Source: an uncultured Bacilli bacterium (lineage in GTDB: Bacteria; Bacillota_I; Bacilli_A; RF39; UBA660). Taken from it: a stretch of DNA of 64,000 bases. The position numbers and the translations under genes are program-made. Location of the stretch: contig CALVIE010000001.1 of NCBI GenBank assembly GCA_944329385.1, positions 2,168-66,167 of the forward strand, in the 5' to 3' direction. Below, in pieces: positions 17,629-26,156 of the stretch (positions are counted from its first letter, which is position 1; each line of letters starts with the position of its first letter). The notes under the pieces were generated by a model. It had not been told where the DNA came from, did not search any database, and saw only the letters and a program-made list of their open reading frames with translations.

Positions 17629-18879
17629 TTAAATTTGACTTAAAGGCAAAGTAATGGTTACTTTAGTATATTTTTCTTCTTCTGATTCATAATTTAATGT
17701 ACCATTATGGGCTTTGATAATTTCTTCAGAAAGAGAAACTCCAAGCCCTGTTCCTTTAGGTTTTGTTGTATAAAATGGTTCTTTTATTTTTTTTAATATA
17801 TCTTTATTTATACCTTTGCCGTTGTCTTTAATTGTGATTGTCAAAGTATTGTTATGGATATTTTCTGTTAATTCAATACATCCTTTTTTATTTTTAGGTA
17901 TGGCTTCAATGCTATTTTTGAAAATATTAATGAATACTTGAGTTAATCTATTATAATCAGCATTAATATAAATGTCATCATCAATTGTTTTTATTTTTAA
18001 ATTAATATTATTTTTATGGCAAAGCATTTTTATATTTTTAATTACTTCTTCAATTAACATATTTATATCAATAATATCTTTATTTATTTTTACTTTATTC
18101 ATGGCTAAGAAATCTTCTAGAAGTAAAAGTGTTCTATTTATTTCATCTTTTAATATAGGAATATATTTTTTAAAGTGATTTTGATTATTTTCATCAAACA
18201 TATCTAAATATCCTTTACACACTGCGATAGGATTTTTGATTTCATGTGTTATTCTAAATAATGATGTTTTTATCTGTTTATTATTTTCTATTTCTTTAAC
18301 ATTCATATGAAGTTTTAAAATATCTTCTGTTTTATTTGATAAATTAATTATTAAAATAGAAATAATATATAAAAATAAGTTTGATAATAATATTTCTTTT
18401 ATATAAATTGGAAAGCTATAATTTGTGTAACTTATTAAAATTATGGTAAAAATCGTTTTTAATATGGCAAAGGTTAAAATAAATTGATTTAAATTTAATT
18501 TTTTTGATAGTTTTAAATAAAATAAGTAATAGATAACATATTCTAATATTATAATTATTAGATAATTTTGATAAAAGCTATAATAATAACTAATCATAAT
18601 AAGCGAGGTTATAGTAATTGATAGATTTGATTTTTTTACATAAGAAAGAATTAAGGATATGTTGATTATTATGAAAGGAATATGTGGATATAATGGATGG
18701 GCATATTTTAAAATCAAATAAAGTATGGAAAAAACAGTTACCACATATAAAAGATCATTTTCTTTTTTATTGAATGTTTTTGTGTATGCGAGATATAAAA
18801 GATAGACCATTAATGGAAGTGCGACTAAGACAATGTCTAAAATTAAGAAATCAAATATTTTCATTTTTATCACCGACAT
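17629..18879 (-). CDS. orphan sensor histidine kinase with a multi-TM N-terminal domain (sporulation-kinase-like)
   Basis: About 6 TM helices, then H-box ITHEIKNPIAV, N-box and G-boxes (IKDNGKGI, GTGLGVSLS). No response regulator is adjacent. Confidence 0.75.
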   Translation of the reverse strand: MSVIKMKIFDFLILDIVLVALPLMVYLLYLAYTKTFNKKENDLLYVVTVFSILYLILKYAHPLYPHIPFIIINISLILSYVKKSNLSITITSLIMISYYYSFYQNYLIIIILEYVIYYLFYLKLSKKLNLNQFILTFAILKTIFTIILISYTNYSFPIYIKEILLSNLFLYIISILIINLSNKTEDILKLHMNVKEIENNKQIKTSLFRITHEIKNPIAVCKGYLDMFDENNQNHFKKYIPILKDEINRTLLLLEDFLAMNKVKINKDIIDINMLIEEVIKNIKMLCHKNNINLKIKTIDDDIYINADYNRLTQVFINIFKNSIEAIPKNKKGCIELTENIHNNTLTITIKDNGKGINKDILKKIKEPFYTTKPKGTGLGVSLSEEIIKAHNGTLNYESEEEKYTKVTITLPLSQI

Positions 18880-18897
18880 TATTTTACAAAATTCCTA

Positions 18898-18914
18898 TGT
18901 CGAAGTTTGTCGAA
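18898..18914 (+). promoter_or_regulatory. tandem Spo0A-box-like repeats (TGTCGAA x2, 10-bp phasing) in the kinase promoter region
   Basis: TGTCGAAgttTGTCGAA, plus an inverted TGTCG in the CCGACAT...ATGTCG palindrome at 18873-18900. The 0A-box consensus is TGNCGAA. Confidence 0.35.
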
Positions 18915-18969
18915 TAATGATAAAATTGATGTTTTTTTGTTTAATAAAGAAAAAAAGCTTTAAATTAAG

Positions 18970-19344
18970 CTAATTACATTTAACACTACATGTTTTTTCA
19001 TAAGAATAATTATATTGATTATTATCTTTATCATAACTAACTCTTACACAGCCAGTCATTGTTTCACCGGTAGTTGGATCAATAACATCTTTACTACTTT
19101 CTAAGTAACCTTCTTTTTTTAAAAATTCTATGTCAATATCACAGGATGTTTCGGGTAATTTACGCCAATTATCTGTCCCCCATCTTTCGGCGGCATCGGT
19201 AACGGTTTTTATTTGACTTTCTAAGCTATCTTCTTTAGAATTATCAATTAGGCCAACGATAGTTGGAACAGCGATTGTAGCTAATATACCTAAAATCACA
19301 ATGACTGCGAGCAATTCTATAAGTGTAAAGGCTTTATTTTTCAT
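18970..19344 (-). CDS. type IV prepilin-like (ComGC/pseudopilin-like) protein, orphan
   Basis: MKNKAFTLIELLAVIVILGILATIAVP is a class III (prepilin peptidase) signal with the G/FTLIE motif; 4 Cys in the C-terminal domain. No other comG genes nearby. Confidence 0.7.
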   Translation of the reverse strand: MKNKAFTLIELLAVIVILGILATIAVPTIVGLIDNSKEDSLESQIKTVTDAAERWGTDNWRKLPETSCDIDIEFLKKEGYLESSKDVIDPTTGETMTGCVRVSYDKDNNQYNYSYEKTCSVKCN

Positions 19345-19361
19345 GGTATCACCTATTTTTA

Positions 19362-19390
19362 ATTATACGTTCTTTGATTTGTCATGTCAA
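19362..19390 (-). promoter_or_regulatory. consensus sigma-A promoter for the pilin gene
   Basis: On the minus strand: TTGACA, 17 nt, TATAAT (perfect -35 and -10), about 20 nt upstream of the SD/ATG. Confidence 0.5.
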
Positions 19391-19589
19391 TAATGTAAGG
19401 TCACATTCTACATAGACTTTCATTTTTTTTGAGGGTGTAAAGTGGGATTAAATAAATTGATTTAAATTTAATTTTATGTTATTATGTGTGTGAAAAATTA
19501 ATGGTTAAATAGGAATATTTAATATAGTTTTAGCTACTACGCCTAGTTAGGCGTTTTGCTTTATTTAATATTTTAATGGATGTGATGGT

Positions 19590-20696
19590 ATGAAAAGCGT
19601 AGGACTTATTTGTGAATATAATCCATTTCATTATGGGCATTTGTATCATATTAATAAAGTTAAAAAGATGTTTCCCGGATATGTTATAATTGCTATTATT
19701 AATGGTGATTTCACTCAAAGAGGAGATGTTAGTATAATTGACAAATGGGAAAAGACGAAGATAGCTTTGAATTATGTCGATTTAGTTATTGAACTTCCTT
19801 TTGTTTTTGGAACGCAATCTGCAGATATATTTACTAAAGGTGGTGCGGATATTTTAAAAGCTTTAGATGTTAATGCTTTTGTGTTCGGTAGTGAAAGTAA
19901 TGATATAGAAAAGCTTAAAAAAATTGTTCAAATACAAAAAAGTAATAAGTATAATAGAAAAATCAAGGATTATATGAAAAAAGGTTTTAACTATCCTACT
20001 AGTTTAGCTAAGGCATTAAATGATTTTGATATTGTTTTAGAAAATAATCCTAATGATTTACTTGGGATTGGCTATATTAGAAATTTAGAGGGAATAGATA
20101 TTAGATGTATTAAAAGAACTAATGATTATCACAGTTTAAAGTTAAATAAAATATCTAGTGCGACTAGTATTAGAGAGGCTTTAAGAAAAGGTGAAGATGT
20201 TAAGGATTTTGTTCCTAGTTTTAGTTATGACAGTTTAAATGATTTACACTTCTTTGATGATTATTTTGATTTACTTAAATATAAAATATTATCTTCTGAT
20301 GATTTAAGTATATATCAAACTGTTGATGAGGGGATTGAAAATAGGATTAAAAAGGTTATTTTGAAAGCTCATAATATAGAAGAGTTAATTAATTTGGTTA
20401 AGACTAAGAGGTATACTTATAATAAGCTTAAAAGAATGTTTTTGCACATACTTTGTTCATTTACTAAGGAAGAGGCTAAAAGATGTATTGATATAGAATA
20501 CATTAGAGTTTTAGGTTTTAATGCTTTGGGTAAACAGTATTTAAATTATATTAAAAAGGAGTGTAAATTACCTATTTTAGCTAATTATAATAATAGCTTT
20601 GAAATGATGAGAATTGAAAATAGAGTTAGTAACATTTATAATATTAAAAAAGATGACTTTTTGGAAGAATATAAGCATAAGCCTATAATTTTCTAG
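19590..20696 (+). CDS. tmcAL: tRNA(Met) cytidine acetate ligase (YlbM/TmcAL, nucleotidyltransferase fold)
   Basis: LICEYNPFHYGHLYHI (HxGH) and the overall pattern matching B. subtilis YlbM. Confidence 0.75.
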   Translation: MKSVGLICEYNPFHYGHLYHINKVKKMFPGYVIIAIINGDFTQRGDVSIIDKWEKTKIALNYVDLVIELPFVFGTQSADIFTKGGADILKALDVNAFVFGSESNDIEKLKKIVQIQKSNKYNRKIKDYMKKGFNYPTSLAKALNDFDIVLENNPNDLLGIGYIRNLEGIDIRCIKRTNDYHSLKLNKISSATSIREALRKGEDVKDFVPSFSYDSLNDLHFFDDYFDLLKYKILSSDDLSIYQTVDEGIENRIKKVILKAHNIEELINLVKTKRYTYNKLKRMFLHILCSFTKEEAKRCIDIEYIRVLGFNALGKQYLNYIKKECKLPILANYNNSFEMMRIENRVSNIYNIKKDDFLEEYKHKPIIF

Positions 20697-20703
20697 TCAT
20701 CTT

Positions 20704-22134
20704 TTATATTATATCAATTTTTAAGAAGTTGGTTGTTTTAACTTGATGCATTCTTGGGAACCCACCGGTTATAATTACATTATCACCTTTATTTAAGCTC
20801 ATTATTTTTGTGGTTTCATTTTTACAGTAGTCAATTAGTTCTTCTAGTGTGTTATAGTATTTTACAATAGCAGAATATACTCCATAGTTGAGTGCTAATG
20901 ATTTTGCTACTTTGCTATTTGGGCAAGCAGCAACAATTTGTGATTTTGGTTTTAGGGTACTGATTAATTTGGCACTATATCCACTTGTAGTTGCGGCAAT
21001 TATTACTTTGACGTCTAGTAAATTGGCACTTTCAACAACGTTATGAGCAATGGCAGATGGTATATTATTTTCTTTGACATATTGTTTTTGGTTGACATAG
21101 TCATAATAGGTTTCAGCTTCTTCACAAGTTTCAGCCATGTATTTAACGGCATCAGCTGGATGTTTACCGATAGTAGTTTCTCCAGATAACATTACGGCAT
21201 CGGTTCCATCTAAAACAGCGTTGGCAACATCTGAAATTTCAGCTCTAGTTGGCCTTGCAGATGTATACATTGAAGCAAGCATTTCTGTAGCAACAATGAC
21301 TGTACGTCCTTTTTTACGGCATTTTTCAATTATTTCTTTTTGTAAGATTGGTAATTCTTTCATTGGCATTTCAACGCCCAAATCACCACGGGCTACCATT
21401 ATTCCATCACTTACTTCAATAATTTCATCAATATTTTGAATGGCTGTATGGCTTTCAATTTTAGAAATTATTTGCATGTCTTCTTTTCCATTTTCTTTTA
21501 GTATTTTTCTAACAGCTAAAACATCTTCTTTAGAGCTTACAAAAGAAAGGGCAAGAAAATCTCCATCATGTTTACAAGCGTAAATAATATCTTCTTTATC
21601 TTGATCGCTAATAAAATCTAGGTTTAAGTGAACTCCTGGTACATTGACACTTTTTCTACTACCTAATACTCCCCCATCAATTATTTTACATTCTATTCCA
21701 TTGTCTAATTTTTTAATTACTTCTAGTTTCATTAGGCCATCTTCTAGTAATACTGTATGTCCTATTTGAATACTGTCAAGGGCACTTTTATAGTTGACTG
21801 TGAAAGCTTCTTCTGTACCTAAGATATCATCTTTGATAATTTTTATAGTTTTACCTTCTTCTAAGTTTATTTTATCATCTGTCATATTTCCAGTACGGAA
21901 ATCTGGTCCTTTGGTATCAAATAATACTGCTATGTATGAATCTAATTCTTTGTTGGCTTTTTTTACTAAATTTAAAACATTATTTTTTTCTTCTTCAGTG
22001 GCATGGGAAAAATTGATTCTAGCAACATTCATACCATTTAAGACCATTTGTTTAAATGTTTCATATTTGGCACTGCTTGGACCAATTGAACAAATTATTT
22101 TTGTTTTTTTCATGTTTACATCTCCTTTTGACAA
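20704..22134 (-). CDS. pyk: pyruvate kinase
   Basis: MKKTKIICSIGP start (the internal Met at 22113 is the likely true start), GVHLNLDFISDQDKEDI, MVARGDLGVE; 470 aa class. Confidence 0.9.
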   Translation of the reverse strand: MSKGDVNMKKTKIICSIGPSSAKYETFKQMVLNGMNVARINFSHATEEEKNNVLNLVKKANKELDSYIAVLFDTKGPDFRTGNMTDDKINLEEGKTIKIIKDDILGTEEAFTVNYKSALDSIQIGHTVLLEDGLMKLEVIKKLDNGIECKIIDGGVLGSRKSVNVPGVHLNLDFISDQDKEDIIYACKHDGDFLALSFVSSKEDVLAVRKILKENGKEDMQIISKIESHTAIQNIDEIIEVSDGIMVARGDLGVEMPMKELPILQKEIIEKCRKKGRTVIVATEMLASMYTSARPTRAEISDVANAVLDGTDAVMLSGETTIGKHPADAVKYMAETCEEAETYYDYVNQKQYVKENNIPSAIAHNVVESANLLDVKVIIAATTSGYSAKLISTLKPKSQIVAACPNSKVAKSLALNYGVYSAIVKYYNTLEELIDYCKNETTKIMSLNKGDNVIITGGFPRMHQVKTTNFLKIDII

Positions 22135-22931
22135 TTTTTACAATAATAAGTTCCACGTCCGCCAACGGTTATTTTAGTGACTTTACTATGGCAAATGGGA
22201 CACTCCGTTTTTGTGTGGATAAGTAAATGGTTTTGAAATCTACCGTGAACTCCTTCACTAGATTGATAACTTTTTACTGTTGTTCCACCATATTTTATGG
22301 CTTTTTCTAGAACTATTTTTGTAAACTTAATAATGTTTTGATAATCTTTATTATTTAAGTTTGTAGCTAAAGTTTTAGGATTTATTTTAGATAAAAATAA
22401 TATTTCATCGGCATAAATATTTCCAATACCAACTATTATTGTTTGGTCTAAAAGCTCGGTTTTTATGGGTTTTTTATGAAATTTACTTTTTAAATATTTG
22501 GGTGTGAGTGTGCTATCCCAAGGTTCTAATCCCAAATCAGATAATGGTTTTTCGTTAAAGGCATTTTGCTTTTTTAGAAGGTACATTTTTCCAAATTTTC
22601 TGGTATCATGATATCTAAGGTCAGTTCCATCGGATAGATGAAAGATGACGTGCTGGTGTTTTTCTTTTGGGGCGGATGTTTTTTTTATGAAATATTTACC
22701 TTCCATTCTTAGATGGCTTAATAAATAATAGTCATCTAAGTGAAATACAAGCCATTTACCTCTTCTTGTTATGTCTTTGATATTTTGATTTTTTATTTGT
22801 TTTTGAAATTCTTTAATACTAGGACAGGCAATAATATTTTCCCAATATATTGTTGCAGATATTATTTTTTTGTTTTTTACTTCTTTTAGTAAAACGTTTT
22901 TGACTGTTTCAACTTCAGGTAATTCTGGCAT
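22116..22931 (-). CDS. mutM: formamidopyrimidine-DNA glycosylase
   Basis: MPELPEVETV N-terminus (catalytic Pro2/Glu3), C-terminal zinc finger CPICHSKV...CKNC. Confidence 0.85.
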   Translation of the reverse strand: MPELPEVETVKNVLLKEVKNKKIISATIYWENIIACPSIKEFQKQIKNQNIKDITRRGKWLVFHLDDYYLLSHLRMEGKYFIKKTSAPKEKHQHVIFHLSDGTDLRYHDTRKFGKMYLLKKQNAFNEKPLSDLGLEPWDSTLTPKYLKSKFHKKPIKTELLDQTIIVGIGNIYADEILFLSKINPKTLATNLNNKDYQNIIKFTKIVLEKAIKYGGTTVKSYQSSEGVHGRFQNHLLIHTKTECPICHSKVTKITVGGRGTYYCKNCQKEM

Positions 22932-22942
22932 AATATACCCAC

Positions 22943-23200
22943 CTACTTCTCTTTGTATTTTGCTTCTAATATTATTTTTTTATTTTTTTGTTTCTTTTTT
23001 ATATTTTTAAAATATGGTTTTATGAATTTGTATACTTTATATAAGAAATAACATACTAAAGCAAATAAAACTATATAAATAAAAATATGGGCGAGAAAAA
23101 ATAAAATAGTTACTCCTAAAATAAATAATAAAACTTGCTTTAAATTAATGTTCAAAAAAATCACCTCAACAATTATAACATGGTTTACCTTTATTTTCAA
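22943..23200 (-). CDS. hypothetical small membrane protein
   Basis: Two predicted TM helices and a K-rich tail; support is weak. Confidence 0.3.
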   Translation of the reverse strand: MKIKVNHVIIVEVIFLNINLKQVLLFILGVTILFFLAHIFIYIVLFALVCYFLYKVYKFIKPYFKNIKKKQKNKKIILEAKYKEK

Positions 23201-23235
23201 TTGAATTTGAAGCGATTTATGTTTCTTTTCAGTCC

Positions 23236-23468
23236 TTGACTAATCTTAAAAAAAATGTTAATATTAGGTTAGTAAATCGATGACAAAGAATAGTAATTTA
23301 AGTTTTATTTTTTAGAGAATCAGTGGTATGGTGAAAACTGATAATAAACTTATATGAATCTACTTTGGAGAGAAGTTAAAAACTTCCGGGATGACCGTTA
23401 TCATAATTAAGACAGCCGTATAGGATGGTACCGTATTACATATACTCCTAACAATAGGCTGTTTTTGC
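23236..23468 (+). promoter_or_regulatory. promoter plus T-box riboswitch leader (probable Ser specifier) controlling the 23487..25282 operon
   Basis: Promoter TTGACT-17-TAATAT at 23236-23264. Leader elements are AGAGA, a distal stem I hairpin ATCAGT...ACTGAT, GAA-UCU-A (candidate Ser specifier), F-box CCGTTA and T-box GGATGGTACCGT at 23423-23434. A terminator hairpin CAGCC..TAGGA/TCCTA..GGCTG followed by TTTTT ends at 23468. Confidence 0.7.
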
Positions 23469-23486
23469 TTTAAAAGGAGGTCTAAT

Positions 23487-23999
23487 ATGGATAATTGGTT
23501 AAAATATTTTAATAAAGAAGAGATTGCGGGGTTTATGGATGCAGAAAATCTTTATGGAAAGGCTTATTTGATTTGCGAGCGTGTTTTTTATGGGAAAAAA
23601 AGAAAATCTGGTATGCCCTATTTGACTTATTTAAAATCGGTGGCAGATAAATTTTCGGATGACAAAGCAAAGGCTACTTCGCTTTTACACAATATTATGA
23701 AAGAAACTAATATTACAGCTAATGATTTAAGTGAGATTGGTTTTCCAAGTGATGTGGTGAAAACTGTAGTTTTAATGACAAGAAAGCAAGGGGAATCTTA
23801 TGATGAATTTATAAACCGTATTATTGACAGTAAAAATAATATTGCTGTGCAAATTAAGAAAGCTGATATTGAGCAAAGTATGAATTTAGATGATATTGTA
23901 GTTACTGATGATTATTTAAACAGAATTGAAGTTAAATATAAACCACAATATGAAAAAATTATGGGATATTTGACTGACTTGGAAGGAGAAATTAGATGA
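23487..23999 (+). CDS. HD-domain protein related to (p)ppGpp hydrolase (RelA/SpoT/Mesh1-like) with all catalytic residues substituted; a pseudo-hydrolase
   Basis: YGKKRKSGMPYLTYLKSVA aligns with AHxGQxRKSGEPYIxHPLxVA (HP -> TY). LLHNIMKET aligns with LHDVVEDT (HD -> HN). KKADIEQSMNL aligns with KLADRLHNMRT. Its stop overlaps the serS start (ATGA). Confidence 0.55.
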   Translation: MDNWLKYFNKEEIAGFMDAENLYGKAYLICERVFYGKKRKSGMPYLTYLKSVADKFSDDKAKATSLLHNIMKETNITANDLSEIGFPSDVVKTVVLMTRKQGESYDEFINRIIDSKNNIAVQIKKADIEQSMNLDDIVVTDDYLNRIEVKYKPQYEKIMGYLTDLEGEIR

Positions 24000-25282
24000 T
24001 TGATATTAAATTAATACGTGAAAATAGAGATTTAGTTAAGGAAAATATTAAAAAGAAGTTTCAAGATAAGAAACTTCCTTTAGTTGATGAGGTATATGAA
24101 CTTGATATTAAATGCCGTGAAGCTAAGTTAAAAGGTGATGAATTAAGGGCTTTAAAAAATGAAAAAAGTGCTTTAATTGGAGCTTTAATGAGGGATGGAA
24201 AAAAAGAGGAAGCAGAAAAGGTAAAAAAAGAAATTAGTTCATATAGTGATGAAATTTTATATTTAGAGAAAAAAGAAGAAGAATATAGGGGTAAAATTCA
24301 TGAAGATATGATGGTAATTCCAAATATTATGGATCCATCTGTTCCTATAGGTGAAGATGATAGTAAAAATGTGGAGTTAGAAAAATTTGGAGATCCTATT
24401 ATTCCAATATTTGAAATTCCACATCATGCGGATATTTGTGCGAAGTTTAATGGATTAGATAAGGAAAGTGCTGGGAGAACTAGTGGAAATGGTTTTTATT
24501 ATTTGATGGGCGATATTGCAAGACTGCATTCTGCTATGATTAGTTATGCTCGCGATTTTATGATTGATAAAGGTTTTACATATTGCATTCCCCCATTTAT
24601 GATTAGAAGTGATGTTGTAAATGGAGTTATGAGTTTTGAGGAAATGGATGCAATGATGTATAAAATTGAAGAAGAGGATTTATATTTGATTGGAACATCT
24701 GAACATTCTATGATAGGAAAATTTCAAGGAGAAATTATTAAAGAGGAAGAACTTCCTATTACTTTGACTAGTTATTCACCATGTTTTAGAAAAGAAGTAG
24801 GAGCTCACGGTATTGAAGAAAGAGGTTTATATAGAGTTCATCAATTTGAAAAACAAGAAATGGTGGTTTTATGTAAAAAAGAAGATGGTATGAAGTTTTA
24901 TGATAAAATGTGGAAATATACTGTGGAATTTTTCAGGAGTTTAGATATTCCAGTAAGAACATTAGAATGTTGCAGCGGAGATTTAGCTGATTTAAAGGTT
25001 AAATCATGTGATGTTGAAGCTTTTAGTCCTAGACAAAACAAGTATTTTGAGGTTGGTTCTTGCTCTATTTTAGGTGATGCACAAGCTAGAAGGCTCGGAA
25101 TACGTATGAAAACTAAAAATGGTAATGAATATGTTACTACTTTAAATAATACTGTTTTAGCTACTCCTAGAGGTTTAATCGCATTTTTAGAAAATAATGT
25201 AAATGAAGATGGTTCTGTTAATATTCCAAAAGTTTTAAGACCTTATATGGGTGGTAAAGAAAAACTAATTCCTAAAAACTAG
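23996..25282 (+). CDS. serS: serine--tRNA ligase
   Basis: N-terminal coiled-coil arm and class II core (motif 2/3 regions around FRKEVGAHGIEERGLYRVHQFEK and GSCS); 428 aa. Confidence 0.9.
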   Translation: MIDIKLIRENRDLVKENIKKKFQDKKLPLVDEVYELDIKCREAKLKGDELRALKNEKSALIGALMRDGKKEEAEKVKKEISSYSDEILYLEKKEEEYRGKIHEDMMVIPNIMDPSVPIGEDDSKNVELEKFGDPIIPIFEIPHHADICAKFNGLDKESAGRTSGNGFYYLMGDIARLHSAMISYARDFMIDKGFTYCIPPFMIRSDVVNGVMSFEEMDAMMYKIEEEDLYLIGTSEHSMIGKFQGEIIKEEELPITLTSYSPCFRKEVGAHGIEERGLYRVHQFEKQEMVVLCKKEDGMKFYDKMWKYTVEFFRSLDIPVRTLECCSGDLADLKVKSCDVEAFSPRQNKYFEVGSCSILGDAQARRLGIRMKTKNGNEYVTTLNNTVLATPRGLIAFLENNVNEDGSVNIPKVLRPYMGGKEKLIPKN

Positions 25283-25430
25283 ATTTTATCTAGTTTTTTT
25301 GTTAAAAAAAAGGAAATTTCCAACTTTCGCCGTATGTTAATATATGAAAGGAGGAATTTCCATGTTTAATTATATAACTGAACAAATTAAGTTTATTATT
25401 TATGTTATTTGGGAATATTTTGATTATAAA

Positions 25431-26156
25431 TCAAGATAGATGACTATCACCATTTGTATAATCTATAGTTATACCATCTTGAACATTATAAATATAAACA
25501 TTAAAGCAAATATCTTTACATTTATCTTCTACTGAGCTTGCTTCTATTTGAACAGCACTTGCAAGTAGATTTTTATCTTTGTAAATTGGAGTTACTCTAT
25601 ATAAAACATGATTATTTGTTTGTTTTATATAATCGGCAACTTTATTTTCAAAATCAAGCATTGCTCCGGTGTTCATCTGTCTTGTACAGGTAATTAAATT
25701 TTTTTCATTAGCGTTTTCGCCAGTTAATTGATAACCTATTAAATGACATCTATTATACAAATATTTACCACTTACAATATCATATTTAATAGTGTGCCAT
25801 CCTGATGGTTTTATCATACCGATTGATGTTCTTTCTTCTTTTGGCATAGTTTCTATGCCGACTTTGGCATATGCTACTCCTGCTCTATTTAAATAATCAA
25901 GGTCACTATAGGATTCAAATGTTTTTTTATTATAATCATTATCAGTAAAATTTGGTTTATTATTGTTTACTTCAACATATGCTTTTTGATTATATTCTGG
26001 AATGTTTTCTAAAGTATATGTATGATTTTCTAGTAATGGCTCAGTCATGAATGATTTTATTTCATTTTGATAAGCTACTGTTAAAAATATAGTAATGGTT
26101 AAAATTGATATGATTATGTTTTTATTTTTTATTTTTGATTTACTTCTTCTTTTCAT
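25431..26156 (-). CDS. membrane-anchored DNA/RNA non-specific (DNA-entry, EndA/NucA-like) nuclease
   Basis: N-terminal TM; NRCHLIGYQLTGENANEKNLITCTRQMN matches the DRGHL..NL.P.T signature (RCH variant); C-terminal block SAVQIEASS...FNVYIYNVQDGITIDYTNG as in EndA. Confidence 0.75.
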   Translation of the reverse strand: MKRRSKSKIKNKNIIISILTITIFLTVAYQNEIKSFMTEPLLENHTYTLENIPEYNQKAYVEVNNNKPNFTDNDYNKKTFESYSDLDYLNRAGVAYAKVGIETMPKEERTSIGMIKPSGWHTIKYDIVSGKYLYNRCHLIGYQLTGENANEKNLITCTRQMNTGAMLDFENKVADYIKQTNNHVLYRVTPIYKDKNLLASAVQIEASSVEDKCKDICFNVYIYNVQDGITIDYTNGDSHLS

